Position numbers and translations under genes: made by a program. DNA of 64,000 nucleotides from Lama glama (taxonomy: Eukaryota), in assembly GCA_028534125.1 (NCBI GenBank), contig CM052816.1, positions 31,064,001-31,128,000 on the forward strand, read 5' to 3'. Of this stretch, positions 41,266 to 54,974 are shown in pieces. Under the pieces are notes generated by a model. The model saw nothing but the letters and a program-made list of their open reading frames with translations. It made no database searches and was not told where the DNA came from. Every line of letters begins with the position of its first letter. The stretch's first letter is position 1.

Positions 41266-41926
41266 TGTTAGAGCAGGCAGACAGCTAGATATGAGCAGAG
41301 AAAGGGGGACACAGGCCAAATGGCAGGAATTGCGCAGAAAGGAGGGGCACGAGCCAAATGCAGGAAAGCACACATCATGTCAACAACAGAGGTCCCTGGG
41401 CAGAAGAAGAAAAGCAGGAACCTCTGGACTGATAAGCAATCACATATTTTGGGCTGGTAAGTGTCCTGGAGGCAGACAAAGAAAGGTGGGGAAAGGCAGC
41501 AATCTCCAGGATCCAAATGTAACATTTTGCTCATTATGTCCTCATTACAATAAAATTAACCTTGCAGATTAGAAGTACCCACCATGCACTGAAGCCAAGA
41601 CACTCGACCCTCTCAATTCAGGCTAAATAAGGACAAAAATTCCTCTTCCTCTCAGGAAGGTGAGCTGGGATGAAAATCAGGGACTATGACCCCAAGCCCT
41701 TTCCTCCCCAGTGAATATTCCGCCCACTCATTTTTACACTCTATGTAACCAACTTGCCAAAGAAACTCAGCACTGCTGCTCACCTGAGCCTGCCTGCTCT
41801 CCCCTTGAGAGTGTATGATCTATCCTTAATAAATCCCCACTTTGCTTCCTTAACCTCCGTGTCTTAGCTCTGAACTCTCCCTGGGATGGGACAAGAACCT
41901 GGACACCGTTACATCCACTGGCAGCA
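41266..41926 (+). mobile_element. Solo LTR, ERV1-like, 661 bp
   Basis: TG...CA termini, 4-bp TSD cctc (41262-41265 and 41927-41930), AATAAA at about 41828. Confidence 0.8.
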
Positions 41927-44271
41927 CCTCCCCTAGCCCTCCTGTCACAGTGCACATCTCCAAGGGTGCGCTGGGGAAGGTTCCCCTCTCCGGCAGGAGC
42001 CACATCTGACCTCAGGATTGGATTTGGAAGTCAGCATAAAAGAAGAGAGTCACACAGAGACAATACCACCCTTGAAAATCCTCTCAGACAAGGCTGCCTG
42101 GGAAGAGCCCCACACAGCCCGCAGTTCTCAGGCGCTGAAGCAATCTCTGCTCCTCAGCGTGAGCATCGGATGGAGTAGATCACGGAGACACAGGAGCCAC
42201 CATGGTTAAATGATGTTTACCTTTAAACCTCAGATCCACACACCCTGGCAGGTCGCTCGCTCTCTGGAGGCCTTGGGGGCCCGGTCACCTAGAGACAGCA
42301 CTGGGGCCAGAACCCCGCCGTCCTGCCCACTGTGAGGCGCAGGTCATCGAGCGAAGGGCAGCAAAAAAGTGACTCACACGTGAAGCACTTACCCTTCCTT
42401 ATCTTCTGGCTGCCTCCAGCACCGGGCAGTTGAATTTCTGTAAGCTGGTTGTGTCTTGCATAAGCAGAGTACTTTTCCTACTTTTCTCCCTAAGGACACT
42501 AGTTAATTATCCAAGGAAGAACAGTGTTCAAACTCTAGCTCAAAAGTTGGTCTCCACTTTTCCTCAGTAGCAGATAAAGCGGTTTACTCAGAGGCACTAT
42601 CTGTCAGACACCCCTCAGAAAATATTCAGAAGCAGAAAACACACAGTTTCATTCAAAGCACCTGCAGTAGAGAGTCAAGCTATTTTCATCTCATCCTGTC
42701 TCTTGCCTTAGTTCCCATACTTGCTAAAAATGGCGGGTCCCTGAGTTAATCGACAGGTGAGCCAAACCCCAGCAGGGACATATTTGGTAAAGAGAAACAA
42801 CTGCTGTGAAGGGGGATCAGTTAAGTCATTCCCTTGCTGCTCCCTCCCAGCTGATTCAGCTGTTTTCAAAGCCACAAAACTGCTCCACAATCTCCAGCAA
42901 AATCTCCATCACTGTTTGTTCCTGAGAATTAGAAGTGATTTTGATCTAAGCCTTTGAGAATGTTTTTAGATAAACAATGGTTAACGCTTCAGGAACAACT
43001 TTATTCACAACGTATGAAGATTCCTAGGGACACTTTTATTGCTGGATTTGCCAACACACGTGCACTTGCCTGCGCACGTGTGCACACAAATACACCCTTC
43101 TATGGCTCAATGTAAAATAATGTGAACACAGCTATCGTATATTTAAAATAATATCGTATATTTAAAAGAAGTGCACTCAGCAGAGAATTTGATAGGCTGA
43201 GTGACTACATCATTGCTTTTTTTTTCTTTTCTTTTTTCTCTAAGGCCGGGAAGGCTGCAGTCTGGTGTCGCCCTGATACCAAAGCCCCTGAAAGGCTCGT
43301 CTGGGTCAGTTACAGATCAGCACCCATGAGGGTCTCTCTATTCGCACCTTATTTATAATTTGGATCTCCTGGATTATACTTTTCAATTCTGCCTTGCAAT
43401 TTGAAGGATTATAAAGAACAAAAATTTGGCTGTTTAGTTGGCCCCACTGATGGAAAAGAAAGCAGAGAAGGAAGAAAACTCTTTCACAAGACCAGCAACC
43501 AGGGCCTTTTCAGCATTACGCTGGTACATACGTGCAGCACTTTCCTGATAAACACACTTCTCAATGACTCACCCCAAATTTCAAGTGTGGAGTTTGTTTT
43601 TTTAGGTCCCACTGCAACAGAAGGACCCCAGTTTTCTTCTGCTCTTAACTACAACACATTCTATGGCACTATATATTCAGAGTCAACATTCTGTGGCTGG
43701 CTTCTGCCTCTTCTCACTCTACCAGGCTCAGAGCGAATTGAGTTTAAGTGTATCATTTGAAAAGTGTCTTTCCAGCGATGATTTTCCACAGCTTTGTACC
43801 GCCTACTTCTTAATGAGAGTCGCCTTGCCAAGCTGAAGTGATGGGTGGTAAAGAGAAAGTACACATACCTTGAAGTTGGATGAAAAAGAAGAGGAGAATA
43901 CTGGATCAAAAGAGAAACTGTACTGCCTTGTTCCCTTTGTTTTGCTGAGAAACCACAGAACCCTCTGGGGGAAAAGTCATAAGGCCCCTAAGGTGCTCCT
44001 ACAGTTTAACGCTTGTGTAATAATGGCTGAGAGGAGGAGAGGTGGGAAAAACGGAGGATGTGGGGGTGGATGGGATCGTTAACTCGCTCTTCCACTGTGA
44101 GTCTGTCTAAAATCATAGGAAATCAGGGAATGTTCGTTCATCTGCTCACCTGTCCTCCACCTGCAATAAGCAAAGAATCTAGAGTTTACGTTCTGACCCT
44201 ACTGCTTGCTCAGTGGCGTATCTCGACTTCAGACATTCAACTCATGTTAACACCAGATTGCTGCCTGGCTT

Positions 44272-44692
44272 TTTTTTTTTAATTGAAGTATAGTCAGTTT
44301 ACAATGTACAATTTCTGGTGTAAAGAGTAAAGTTTCAGTCATACATATATATATACATATATTCATTTTCATTATAGGTTACTATAATGAATATAGTTCC
44401 CTGTGCTCTACAGAAGAAATTTGTTTATTTATTTTATGTATACTGGTTAATATTTGCAAATCTCAAACTCCCAATTTATCCCTTCCCAACCCCTTGCCCC
44501 CTGGTAACCATAAGGTTGTTTACTATGTCTGTGAGCCTGTTTCTCTTTTGTAGATAAGTTCATTAGTGTCTTCTTTTTTCTTTTTTTAGATTCCACATGA
44601 GTGACATCATATGGTGTTTTTCTTTCTCTTTCTGGCTTACTTCACTTAGAATGACAGTCTCCAGGCCCATCCATGTTGCCGCAAAAGGCATT
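44272..44692 (-). mobile_element. L1 3' end fragment
   Basis: Poly-T, aattgaagtatagtcagtttacaatg ... agattccacatg ... ttacttcacttagaatga. Confidence 0.88.
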
Positions 44693-44793
44693 TTTTATAC
44701 TTCAGGGTATATAGCACTACATATATATTATACACACACACATGAAGACATACATGAAGATTTGTTTCCTCTCCTTGTTCTTTGCAAGGAAGG

Positions 44794-45562
44794 AACAAGG
44801 AGAGGAAACAAATTTTCAGTTACAAGAGCTTGCAACCCACCTGGCAATGATGCAAAACCTGAAGGTGACACCGGAATTAAGTATATTTGACCTGAACTTT
44901 ATATCCATTGAGCAACTGCTATGTTTTTGAGATTACACAGTTAAGTATTGCATATCAAAAATACGCACAGGGAACTATATTCAACAGCTTGTAATAACCT
45001 ATAATAAAAAAGAAAATGGAAAGATATATATAAAATATATGTATAACTAAATCACTATGCTATACACAAGAAACTAACACAATATTGTATATCAGCTAAA
45101 ATTTAATTAAGTATATATGTGTGTATATATATATATATTTAAGTTAAAAACCATTTAGGAAAAAACTGTTGTCCCAAGAGAAAACTAAACCATGTTTATT
45201 TTATAAGCTGTGTCTGAGACATATATTAATCTCTAAATTACAACCCTTTAACCATTGTCCTCTGCCACTAGGACTCAGATATTCTGCTGTTGAGTCATTA
45301 AAACCACTTCCCAAGCAGGTTAATACCTGCCTCATTTATCTGTGAATAATAGGGTAAAAACCACCATTTCATTCCTAATTACTTTTGCTGCAAAAACAAG
45401 GAAAGGAAACAGAATCTTCAGTTCTAAGAGTTTGCAACCCATCTGGCAATAATGCAAAACCTTAAGGTGGTACCAAAATTAAGTATGTTTGACCTGAACT
45501 TTATAACCATTAAGCAAAGTTTATACGTTTTGAGATCAGAGAGTAAATTTTACACATCAAAA
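44794..45562. repeat. Diverged direct repeat of about 170 bp (44794-44960 and 45395-45562)
   Basis: Collinear shared blocks aacaagga, ttgcaaccca.ctggcaat.atgcaaaacct.aaggtg, aattaagtat.tttgacctgaactttata and atcaaaa. Confidence 0.9.
44965..45110 (+). mobile_element. Short L1 3'UTR fragment
   Basis: gcacagggaactatattcaa ... aatcactatgctatacac ... aaactaacac. Confidence 0.8.
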
Positions 45563-46409
45563 TTTGTCATCTTGCTATTTAAGAATTGCCGTTCTCTCTT
45601 GCCAGTTAAGGACTGATAAACCTCAAATCAGGTAAAAATCCTGCCAGACTTTTCCACAGTCAATCACAACCTACAAAAATATATTCTTTGGCCAATTTTG
45701 GGCTTTGTTCTCCCATGTTTAACAGGAGAAGGTACTCTTCATTCATCTTGTCACACAAGCTGTGACAGAAAGAATAGACACATCAAGGGCCAAAGGCAAG
45801 GGCAGTGATCCTCTAAAAACAGGTGGGGGAAACCTCTGAAGGTTAAGGACTGTGATCAAACAAGAAAAGTCCCAACTGAAAACTTTCTAAAACAAATTTA
45901 AGTGCTAAGAAATAACACTGTGTCAAAAGTTCAAAAACTATTACCTCTTATTTATTCAATTTTAAAAAGAAAATAAATTATACAAAATAATTTGCCTGTA
46001 TTATTTCCAAGTTTCTCAAGGAAATGCTAATGGCTTTTCAAACTAATGGTATAACTAGCAAATCTTCAGAAGTTTACATCATTAAAAAAAAAGATAACAA
46101 TTTAATCTTAAAAGATGGAGTATTTTTTAAGTTAATAATACCTTGCTAAATTTGCTAGTCCCCAATTTATTGCACTTTGACATGACTTTTAATGAGAAAA
46201 ATAATTTTTTTTTCTTCAGATGTCCTCAGGTTTTCTGGAGCTATGTAATTTAAAATTGGTTGCTTTTTCAAATTAAGGATTCACACACTAAAACATTCCT
46301 TGGTTACTTCTTAATTCCGGGATAGTAAAATTCTTTAAGTTCATGAGTTATATTAATTTATTTTGTTAGTTTGTACCCATCTGTATATGGATTTGGAATA
46401 CACACTGTA

Positions 46410-46649
46410 GAGCTGACCCTTGAACAATATGGATTTGAACTGCACATGTCCACTTAAATGAGGAATTTTTTCTTCAGTATTAAATACTACAGTACTATGT
46501 GATCCACGGATGGTTGAGTCCGTGGATGTGGAGGAACCTCGGATGCAGAGGAACCCTGGGTGTGGAGGGCCAGCTATAATCTGGACTTGGATTTTTGTTG
46601 TTTTAGAGAGTCAGCACCCCTAACCACCACATTGCTCAAGGGTCAACTG
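46410..46649. mobile_element. Tigger2-type Tc1/mariner MITE, 240 bp
   Basis: Terminal inverted repeats gagctgacccttga / tcaagggtcaactg with TA duplications on both sides; internal palindrome at 46502-46527. Confidence 0.85.
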
Positions 46650-49600
46650 TACTTTGCAAATAACACAACTCATAAGCCTACTCACTGTCGTATTTTTTGA
46701 AATGCCAAACATCGGAGTGCCCATACATAGGGGAATGGCTGAACAGACTGCGGTATATCCACGTGTACCATAAACGTAGAGTACCATGCAGCCGTGAAAA
46801 AAGAATAAGGAAATCTCTACAAAGTCACATAGAGTGACTTCCAGAATATACCACTGAGTGAAAGTAACAGTACAAGAGTATTTGCCCTTCATCTAAGAAA
46901 GTACACCACCCTTCATGTAAGAAAGAAGGGGATGTAAGAAACTTTGTTACTTATAGCCAAATAATTTTAATAAACTCAAGGTGATGTGGGGTGTGGCTTA
47001 TGAAATAGTTAAAATGTCACTGAGTTTGAGAGTCAGGAGCATCGAGGAAGGGGCTGCAGTAGGAGACTCCAGTTTCACCTTCCTAAATATGTTAGCATCC
47101 TTCTCATCAGCTACTGAACAGGCTCTTACTGGACTTATCCAACCCTCTATCGGAAAGATCCAAATGAGACTAATCTTCAGTGTCTGGGGACTACTACTGC
47201 AGGTTTGCTGTGATTATTATTTGATTGATTGAGGTACTGTTACATTGTGAAATGGTAATGAGTTGCACTTTCAAAAAGACAGACTTTCTGGTGGAAATCA
47301 CCATGAAGGTCCAGAAGTGGATGAAGTGATAACCTGAGCCAGGACCAGTGGCTCCATTATTGGAGATGCTCACTGGCACCTATTACTACTATCCTCTGGA
47401 TCATTCACTTAGAAGCATTGATTCAATACCTCTTATCGGCCAGGCACTTTGTGAAAGACAGAGAGACAAATAAGACATGGTTCATCTCTTTAAAGAGCTC
47501 TCAAGTCTCATAGGAGGAGACACACAATCAAATAAATACAAGATGTGCCTCGTGAGGGCTCGAGACACCGCCAGGGCCAGTGGAGGGAGTGGAGGAACAG
47601 GTGGTTTTCCCCAGGAAGAAGGGTATCAAGAAAGGCTCCCCAGAAGAGGTGGCAATTGAGTTAATCTTAAAAAAAAATGAGCAGGGAAAAGCCTGTAAGA
47701 GGAAGTGGGAAGTGCATTCTAGGCAGATGGAGCTGCTCTAAGCCAGAGATTCATGTAGGGGAAAGCCTGCCTGCTTCTGAAGGGGATAGCGGGAGGCGGA
47801 AGAGGTCGTCCAGGGTACGATAAGGCTGAACCCCAACTGCACTGCAACAGCATCTGTATTTTTATGTGGACTCTAATAAATGTCATTCCCAGTGACAAAA
47901 AGCAGGGTGGCCGCTGGGCAGATGAAATAAGGCAAGGAATGGAAGAATAAGCAGAGTTACACAACCTCAGAACCCCCAACAGCTCCATCTTCGAAAACCA
48001 TTAATGATTTTACATAATTTCTTACTTGAACAGACATCAGCATAAGGGTACCTGTGGTACAGGTGAACAATCTTCTTTTTAAAAAGATTTAATTGTTTTA
48101 CTATTATTACTATTATATTTACTACTCTTACTATATATTTACTATTATTTACTATTTTTATTAACATTTTTATCTGTTATTATTAGAACACAATCAATAG
48201 TATACTAACATTGCTCTACTAATTTGATTTACTAATGTCACGGGACACATTACTTCATGGACTATTCCATCCTCAGAACACATTTTGTATTTGCTGTACC
48301 TAAATTTGTTCCTGTTTTTCGCTCTTTCAGGAATGACTTCCCATCACACCACAGACATTTGGTATGTAACAAAAGTTTTAATACAGGCATCTTTGATCCA
48401 GCAATTCCTCCCGGTGGAATTTCTTCTAAGGATAGATACAGCTCTTTGCAAAAGTTTAGCATCTTGTATTAGCTGCTAATTATAGAGTTGCTAGGTTGGG
48501 AAAGTAAAAATTTAATGACTTATTTATCAAATAAAAATTCTATAATACAATGAAGACACTAAAATGATACTATGGAAATGTATTTGTTGACGGGACAAAA
48601 GATATACACATATTATTGTTAAAAAAGCAGATTCCAAATAAGAATCCAGAGAGATTTTTCCCCTTCTTGAGACAGTTTCAGTAAATCACATTTTTCTAGG
48701 ACCATTTCTTCCAAGTTTTCAAACTTACTGACATAATTTTTTTCGTAAAAATCATGAAATTTTCTTTTATATCTACTGCATCTGTAATTATGTCTCCCCT
48801 TTTATTTCTAATTTCTCTCTCAAACATTTCTCATCTTGTCGAAGAAAAGCCCTTTCTTTCTTTCCTTTCTTCTTTTGTCTGCCTGTCTTTCTTTCTTATG
48901 TTTTCCATTTCTATTTCCTGTCCTTCTATTTTGGGTATATTTTAACTTTTTTTCTATTGTTTTGAGATGTAGGCGTAGCTCATCTGTTTTTATTCCCTTT
49001 TTTGCGTCTAATAGAACCATTTGGGGATGTGAATCTCATTATGTCTGTCTCTGCCAGCTCACTTTACTTTTTGTCTTCTTCTCTCATTTTATTATACCTC
49101 TTTTGAGTCCCATCTCTGATTTGATCTCTTGTTTCAAAGAGGAAATGCTTTCTAATGTTTTTTTATTCCAAGAGAAGTTTGTTCCCATTTTTTTCTGCTT
49201 TATGACATATTTGTTTTGCTATGTAGTCTTTATCAATTATTTGTTATTTTTTTCCCAGTGCCTTTGCAGAAGTCCCATTCTGATCTTTTCTGGTTTTCTC
49301 TGATCTTTGCATGGAGGCCATTCTTTCTGGCTCACAAGTGTTCCTGGCGTACAATTATGCCTGGAATGTCCCCGGTCCTTTTACTCATCAAGACTAGTAC
49401 CTGAGGACTGACTGCCACCTACCCTGCCTGCCCCGTCCGACCCCTCCAGCAGCAGGTGTGGCTTGTCTGTGCGTCTCCACACTCTGCTCCGTTTTCTCTG
49501 TCACTCCGTGATGTCTCCCGGGTCCCAGGGGCGAGCTGGAAGCCTGTCTGAGGCTATCACTTGCAAGGAAAGGGTTCCTAGTTTCCCCCAGGGTGTGCTA

Positions 49601-50794
49601 TTTCATTTTGGAAGGTTCTGCATATTGTTAAAAGATCCACAGAACCATATATTTGCGCTCAGATTTCTTTCACAGTTGGGTCCATATTTTACGTTATAGC
49701 AGTAATTATTCATGGGATGTGGTTTTCCTGATTGTGCTCTGATTCCTAGGTGCACTGCATAAGGAATTTTCATCTCTGTTTCATCCCCCACTCCGAGTTA
49801 CCAGGCCAGCTTTGGACCCTAACCTGGTTTCTCTGCCTTCAGTTCTTCTCTACATCTTCTCAAATCGTGCCCTCAGTTATCCTCTTCAAGTCCTGTTGCA
49901 CGGTGTCACTTTCCTCCTCCAGCACCTTGGTGGTGCTTCGTGATCCTCAGCCTTTGATGACATAACACAGGTCTGCCTTCCCAGCCTCACTGTCACTGCA
50001 TCCTTCCACGAACCTGCTACTCAAAGCCACCTCCAGGACCCACTTACGCTTTGCTCACAGTCCCGCTGCCCAAGGAGGACAAGCACCCCTGCTTCTGTGT
50101 TTCCAAGCTTGCGCTGCAGCCAGTTATTTACGTAGTTGTCTCTCATACGGGACTTCTCTAGCCTCAAAGCAGCGTCTATAAGAATTCTTCCTTCTATAGC
50201 ATGTGTCACAGCAACTAACACATTGGGGCTCAACGTATGTTTACTAACAGAAAGGAGCGACACCACGTTTACCACTGGAAATAGCAACACAGTTCCCTGT
50301 GAATTTGAGCAATTATCAATAAGGCGCTTTTCCCAAGGTCTAACCCACTCCCCCAACTCTACTCTTACCCCACTCTCCACAGTTAAGCCGGGGGGTAAGA
50401 TCCCTGCCTTGCATGAAAGGAGCGCAAACCTTAAGGCTCACACACAACGGGGACTGAGAGCAGTCCCTCCCAGTGAAACTCGTATCTGCGCTGTGTCCTC
50501 TCCTGTTAGTCCTGCCACAACCTCAATCAACCAGTGTAGATCTCAAACTTGTTTTTTTTTTTAAACACAAACCAACCTACTGATAACATGTTTTTGTGTG
50601 TGTAAAGAAAAACCACTAGACATTAATAGTAGGTATCTCTGGACTTTGTATTATGCTTTACTATCTCCAACATTTACCCATTTCCTATAATAAACATGTA
50701 TTTTACCATTTTTAAAGTATTAATAAATATTTTAAAAGATAACTTTTGAGAACAAATGTACAGTTCTCTTGTAGTATGTGCAAAATAAGTCAGT

Positions 50795-50808
50795 CCAGCA
50801 GATGGCGC
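50795..50808 (+). promoter_or_regulatory. CTCF core motif CCAGCAGATGGCGC
   Basis: Full match to the consensus CCASYAGRKGGCRS; binding not shown. Confidence 0.6.
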
Positions 50809-52274
50809 AAAACCTTAATTCAGAAAAATAGACAAAAAATAACCCTTACTACTTGAAAAAGATCACGTCGACGTCATGTTTCTTAGTGACCCAGGATCGA
50901 TCAAAAGGCTCTAGAATTTTCATGTCCATCAAATGTAATTACTTTGACAACTTCTACAGCCAAAGGTGAGACTTCTCAGAGGTAAGCAAGGGGGCGCTTG
51001 AAGAGGGGATGTGTGGAACCTGCAGAGACTGCAGAGCAAGATGCTTTACATAGAAGATTCTTGAGGAATGAACAAGCTAGACGTCAATGTGATGTCACAC
51101 CTGGAAAGGGCTTTGCAGCTCATGTAGTCCATCAGTTTTCACACCGTGTTTTTTCATATTTTTCTCTAAAAAGCCTCAATATATGAAGCCAACAAAACTG
51201 GATCTATCCTAATTGGAGACTGGGGACAAGAGCCATCCTAGACGTCTCTTTGTTCAAGCTCCCCCGCCTCTGCCTGTGGCTGACATAATCAAGAAATTGG
51301 CTACTACTTAATCAACAGCTATGGAATCCAGAAAATATTTAAATACTTCCAAGAAGCCCTAGAGAGAACCACTAATGCAGTGCAATACTTTCACTTTAAT
51401 ACCGAGAAAAGGGACACTTAGAGGAGTTTCCATTTTGAAATTGAAACATGTATAAAAACCAAAAAAAAACCCACCATTAATTGCTTTTAAAAGAAAAAAA
51501 ATCAATAAGAACATTCAAAATGTGTCAACAAGTTCAACACTAATATAGTCCACAAATTTGACATCTGCAATTAGAATTATTATATTGCATTTAATTTCTG
51601 ATGTATTTAACTTGGGATTCACTGAAATCCATTTTATGATTTATGATTTAAAATCATTTTTGATCTTTTTTATGGTTTATGAAAACTATAAGAATTCAGC
51701 ATTTCATGAGTAATATAAGCACATTCTTGGGTAATATTAGCATATTCCTCTGCATCAGTAAAATTTATCTATACCAATAAAATATCCTTAGGCTGTGCTT
51801 CCTATCTATCCTTTTTAAATGCAGTTATAAACCATAACAAGTAGTGATGTGACAGCATGAAGCCGGGCTTTTTTTTTTAGAACTTTTACAATTCCATAAA
51901 AATCTATCTAAATAATGTTTGAAAAGTAAAAGCAACAACCTATTTAAATGCATTCACCGAAAGTTTCTTTTCAATACAAATCCAAATATAATTTTTAAAA
52001 AATCATTCTTAAAAGTTTTCCTTTATTCGAATGGCCATTTCTACATGAAGCACTGTGTATTATTTCCAAAAGCTGGTTTATTTATTTCTGGTTTACTGTA
52101 GGTATGTGTGGATTAAAAGCTTTCACCAAGGCTTCTCAGCAATGGACTGGTAAAAGAAAAATTCAAAGTAAAATGGGGTTTCACAGTAAACAGAGTTGGT
52201 CTTAAATTCTAACTTCTGTCTCAGCACTGTGGCCTTAAGCCTGTTTCCCCATGTGTTAAAATCAGAATAATTAT

Positions 52275-53625
52275 ACTAACTTGAGTTGGTTATTAAGCCA
52301 CTGTCAGTTCCAAATCCACCCTTTTATTCTCTGCTGTGTGATGTCAGGACTGGGATTCTGCAAACCACATTTCAATTTCGCAAACTCTGCCAACAGGGGG
52401 CGCTGAGGGGCAAGGGAAGGCTGGAGGAGGAAAGAGGCAGGCTTGTTCCTTCCTGTTTGCTTCTTGGTTCTACCAGCATCACCTCATGATCCTTCCTCCA
52501 GACAGTGGCTGTTGGATTCCAGCAGGGCTCCACCCTCACCCTATCCTCAGTCCCTGAGACCAAGCCTAATGTGTCCCCTCAGAGATACCAGCCCTAGCTG
52601 CCCAGAGCCCCCTCCTGAGACGTCTGGATTCAGCTCCGGGGGGCCCTCCTCTGAGTTCCTAAGGCATCAGCACCTGTGAAGCCAACCTCCTCCTCAAGGT
52701 CTGGATCCCAGCCCTGCCTGGCACCTCCTCTGAGCTTCTGACACAGCAGAACCAGCCCTGGGTTCTAATAACGCCACCTCCTCCTTTGCTGGCCCTGGAG
52801 TGCTAGCTGTTTCTTGCGGTTCCTATCTTGGTGGTGTCTCAGTGTTACTCTTTGGCCTTTTCAGTTTCTTGTATACCAATTCCTTCCAATAAGTTCTCTC
52901 AGTGACAAAAAGCTGGTCTGGTTTCTGTTTTCCTGGCTGGACCTTGACTGATACCAGCCAACTCCCAGGAAACGGACTCAAGGTGGGATTCTGAGATTAG
53001 GTTTAATTATACCCTTGGCCTCGAACACAGGGCCAACCCCTAGTGCCACCATGATTAATCAGATAATCACCTACTGAAGCAAGTGCATTTGGGGACCCAG
53101 TGGCTGCTGCGTTTAACCACTGTGACTGCACGGCTGCGGGATGGGATGGCTATTTCTGAGCCGCTGGATTCTTGCAGAAAGAAAATGACCAGCTCAAGGT
53201 GCGGTCAGAGAACCAGAGGACTTCAAAGGCAGTTCTAAAAAAAATCTCTCCACTCTTGTAGCCACTCTGCAGGAGGCATCATTATAATGCAAGTTGAATT
53301 CACAGCCATGCCATTTGGGACACTGACTGGGAAGGAGCGAGACCCTGAACTTTGGAATGGGGACATCTGGGTGGACTCAATCCAGACAGAAAATACTGTA
53401 CTTCCTAGTCCAAGCTTCTGCATTCTAGCCACTCCTAACTTTGCCCCATATTCTCCAGCCCTAAGGGGAAGAACTCCTTCCTGTGCTATACCATGAAGTT
53501 CTTCTGCTTTTTTCTTTCTTTAATACCTGTGTTACAAGCCCCTGACAGTAAAATATTTTTGGTAAGACAAACGATAAAAAAAAAAAACTGGTCTGGTTTC
53601 TTTTTTTTTCTGACTGGATCCTAAA
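52275..53625 (+). mobile_element. ERVL-class remnant: LTR (about 52275-52955), a gag fragment and a partial second LTR end
   Basis: The LTR ends ...ctggaccttgactgatac. ORF 53287-53496 carries LTGKERDPELWNGDIWVD, like the ERVL gag motif LIGKEWDP..WNGD.W.D. The sequence ctggtctggtttc ... ctgga recurs at about 53588-53620. Confidence 0.72.
52390..52403 (+). promoter_or_regulatory. CTCF core motif CCAACAGGGGGCGC inside the ERVL LTR
   Basis: One mismatch to the consensus. Confidence 0.5.
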
Positions 53626-53837
53626 GGATCCACTGCCTCATAGGGTTGTTTTGAGGATGAGATAAAGTACATATAGCACATAGCTCAGTAATCACACTTA
53701 GAGGCACTCAAAAGACATGTGTTCTGTGACCACGTCTTTCTCTATCATATTATACTACTTTGAGTTGGGTAGGTTATACCTCCTCTCTGAACTTCTATTA
53801 AACAAGTGTATTTTCTCTAAAAGTTGGGATGTGTGTT

Positions 53838-54970
53838 CATATTGTCAATTAATCTATGCAAAAGGATGCAAGAATAAACAGAGGGGGAAGACAATCTCTT
53901 CAATAAATAGTGTAGGAAAAACTGGACAGCTACTGCAAAAGAATAAAACTGGAATACTTTCTCACACCACATAAACTCAAGATGGATTAAAAACTTAAGA
54001 GTAACACCTGAAACCATAAAACCCCCAGGAGAAAACACTGGCAGTATGCTCTTGATACCAGTCTTAGCAATATTTTTTTGGATGTCTCCACAGGCAAGGG
54101 AAACAAAAGCAAAAATAAACATATGGAACTACATCAAACTAAAAAGCTTTTGCACAGTGATGGAAGCTATCAACGAAAGGAAAAGGCCTCCTACTGAATG
54201 GGAGAAGATATTTGCAAATGATATATCTGATTAGAGGTTAATATCTAAAATATACAAAGAACTCATACAATTCAACATCAACAAAACAAAACAAAACAAA
54301 ACCCAAGCAACTCAATTAAAAAAACTGGCAGAGGACCTGAATAGACATTTTTCCACAGACATACAGATGACCAACAAGCACATGAGAAGATATTCAACAT
54401 CACTAATCATCAAGGAAATGCAAATCAAAAGCACAACGAGATAGCACCTCACACCTGTCAGAATGGCTATTATCAAAAAGAACAAATAATAAGCGTTGTT
54501 GTGAATGTGGAGGAAAGGGAACCCTCACGCGTTCTTGGTGGGAACGTAAATTGGTGCAGCCACTGTAGAAAACAGTACAGAGTTTCCTTAAAAAATTAAA
54601 AATAGAACTACCATACAACCCAGCAATTCCACTTTTGGTTATTTCCCCAAAGCAAACAAAATCACTAATTCAAAAAGATATATACCCCCTATGTTCAATG
54701 TAGCATTACTTACAATAGCCAAGATAAGGAAGCAACCTAAGTGTAAAATGAGAGATGAATGAATTAAAAAAGATGTGGTGTATATATTCAAAGGAACACT
54801 AGCCTTAAGAAAGAATGGAATTTTGCCATTTACGACAAGATGAATCGACCCAGAGGATATGATGCTAAGTGAAATAAGTCAGATGGAGAAAGAAAAATAG
54901 CATATGACTTCACTTATGTGTGGAATCTAAAAAGCAAGACAAATAAACAAACAAAACAAAACAAAACAGA
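53838..54970 (+). mobile_element. L1 ORF2 3' portion plus the start of the 3'UTR
   Basis: Peptides ARETKAKINIWNYIKLKSFCT and RPPTEWEKIFANDISD, decayed CCHC region, ends in (AAAAC)n. Confidence 0.9.
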
Positions 54971-54974
54971 AGCA

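Noticed and set aside
48090..48185. TACTAT-like periodic AT-rich tract
   Set aside because: Degenerate low-complexity simple repeat with no further structure.
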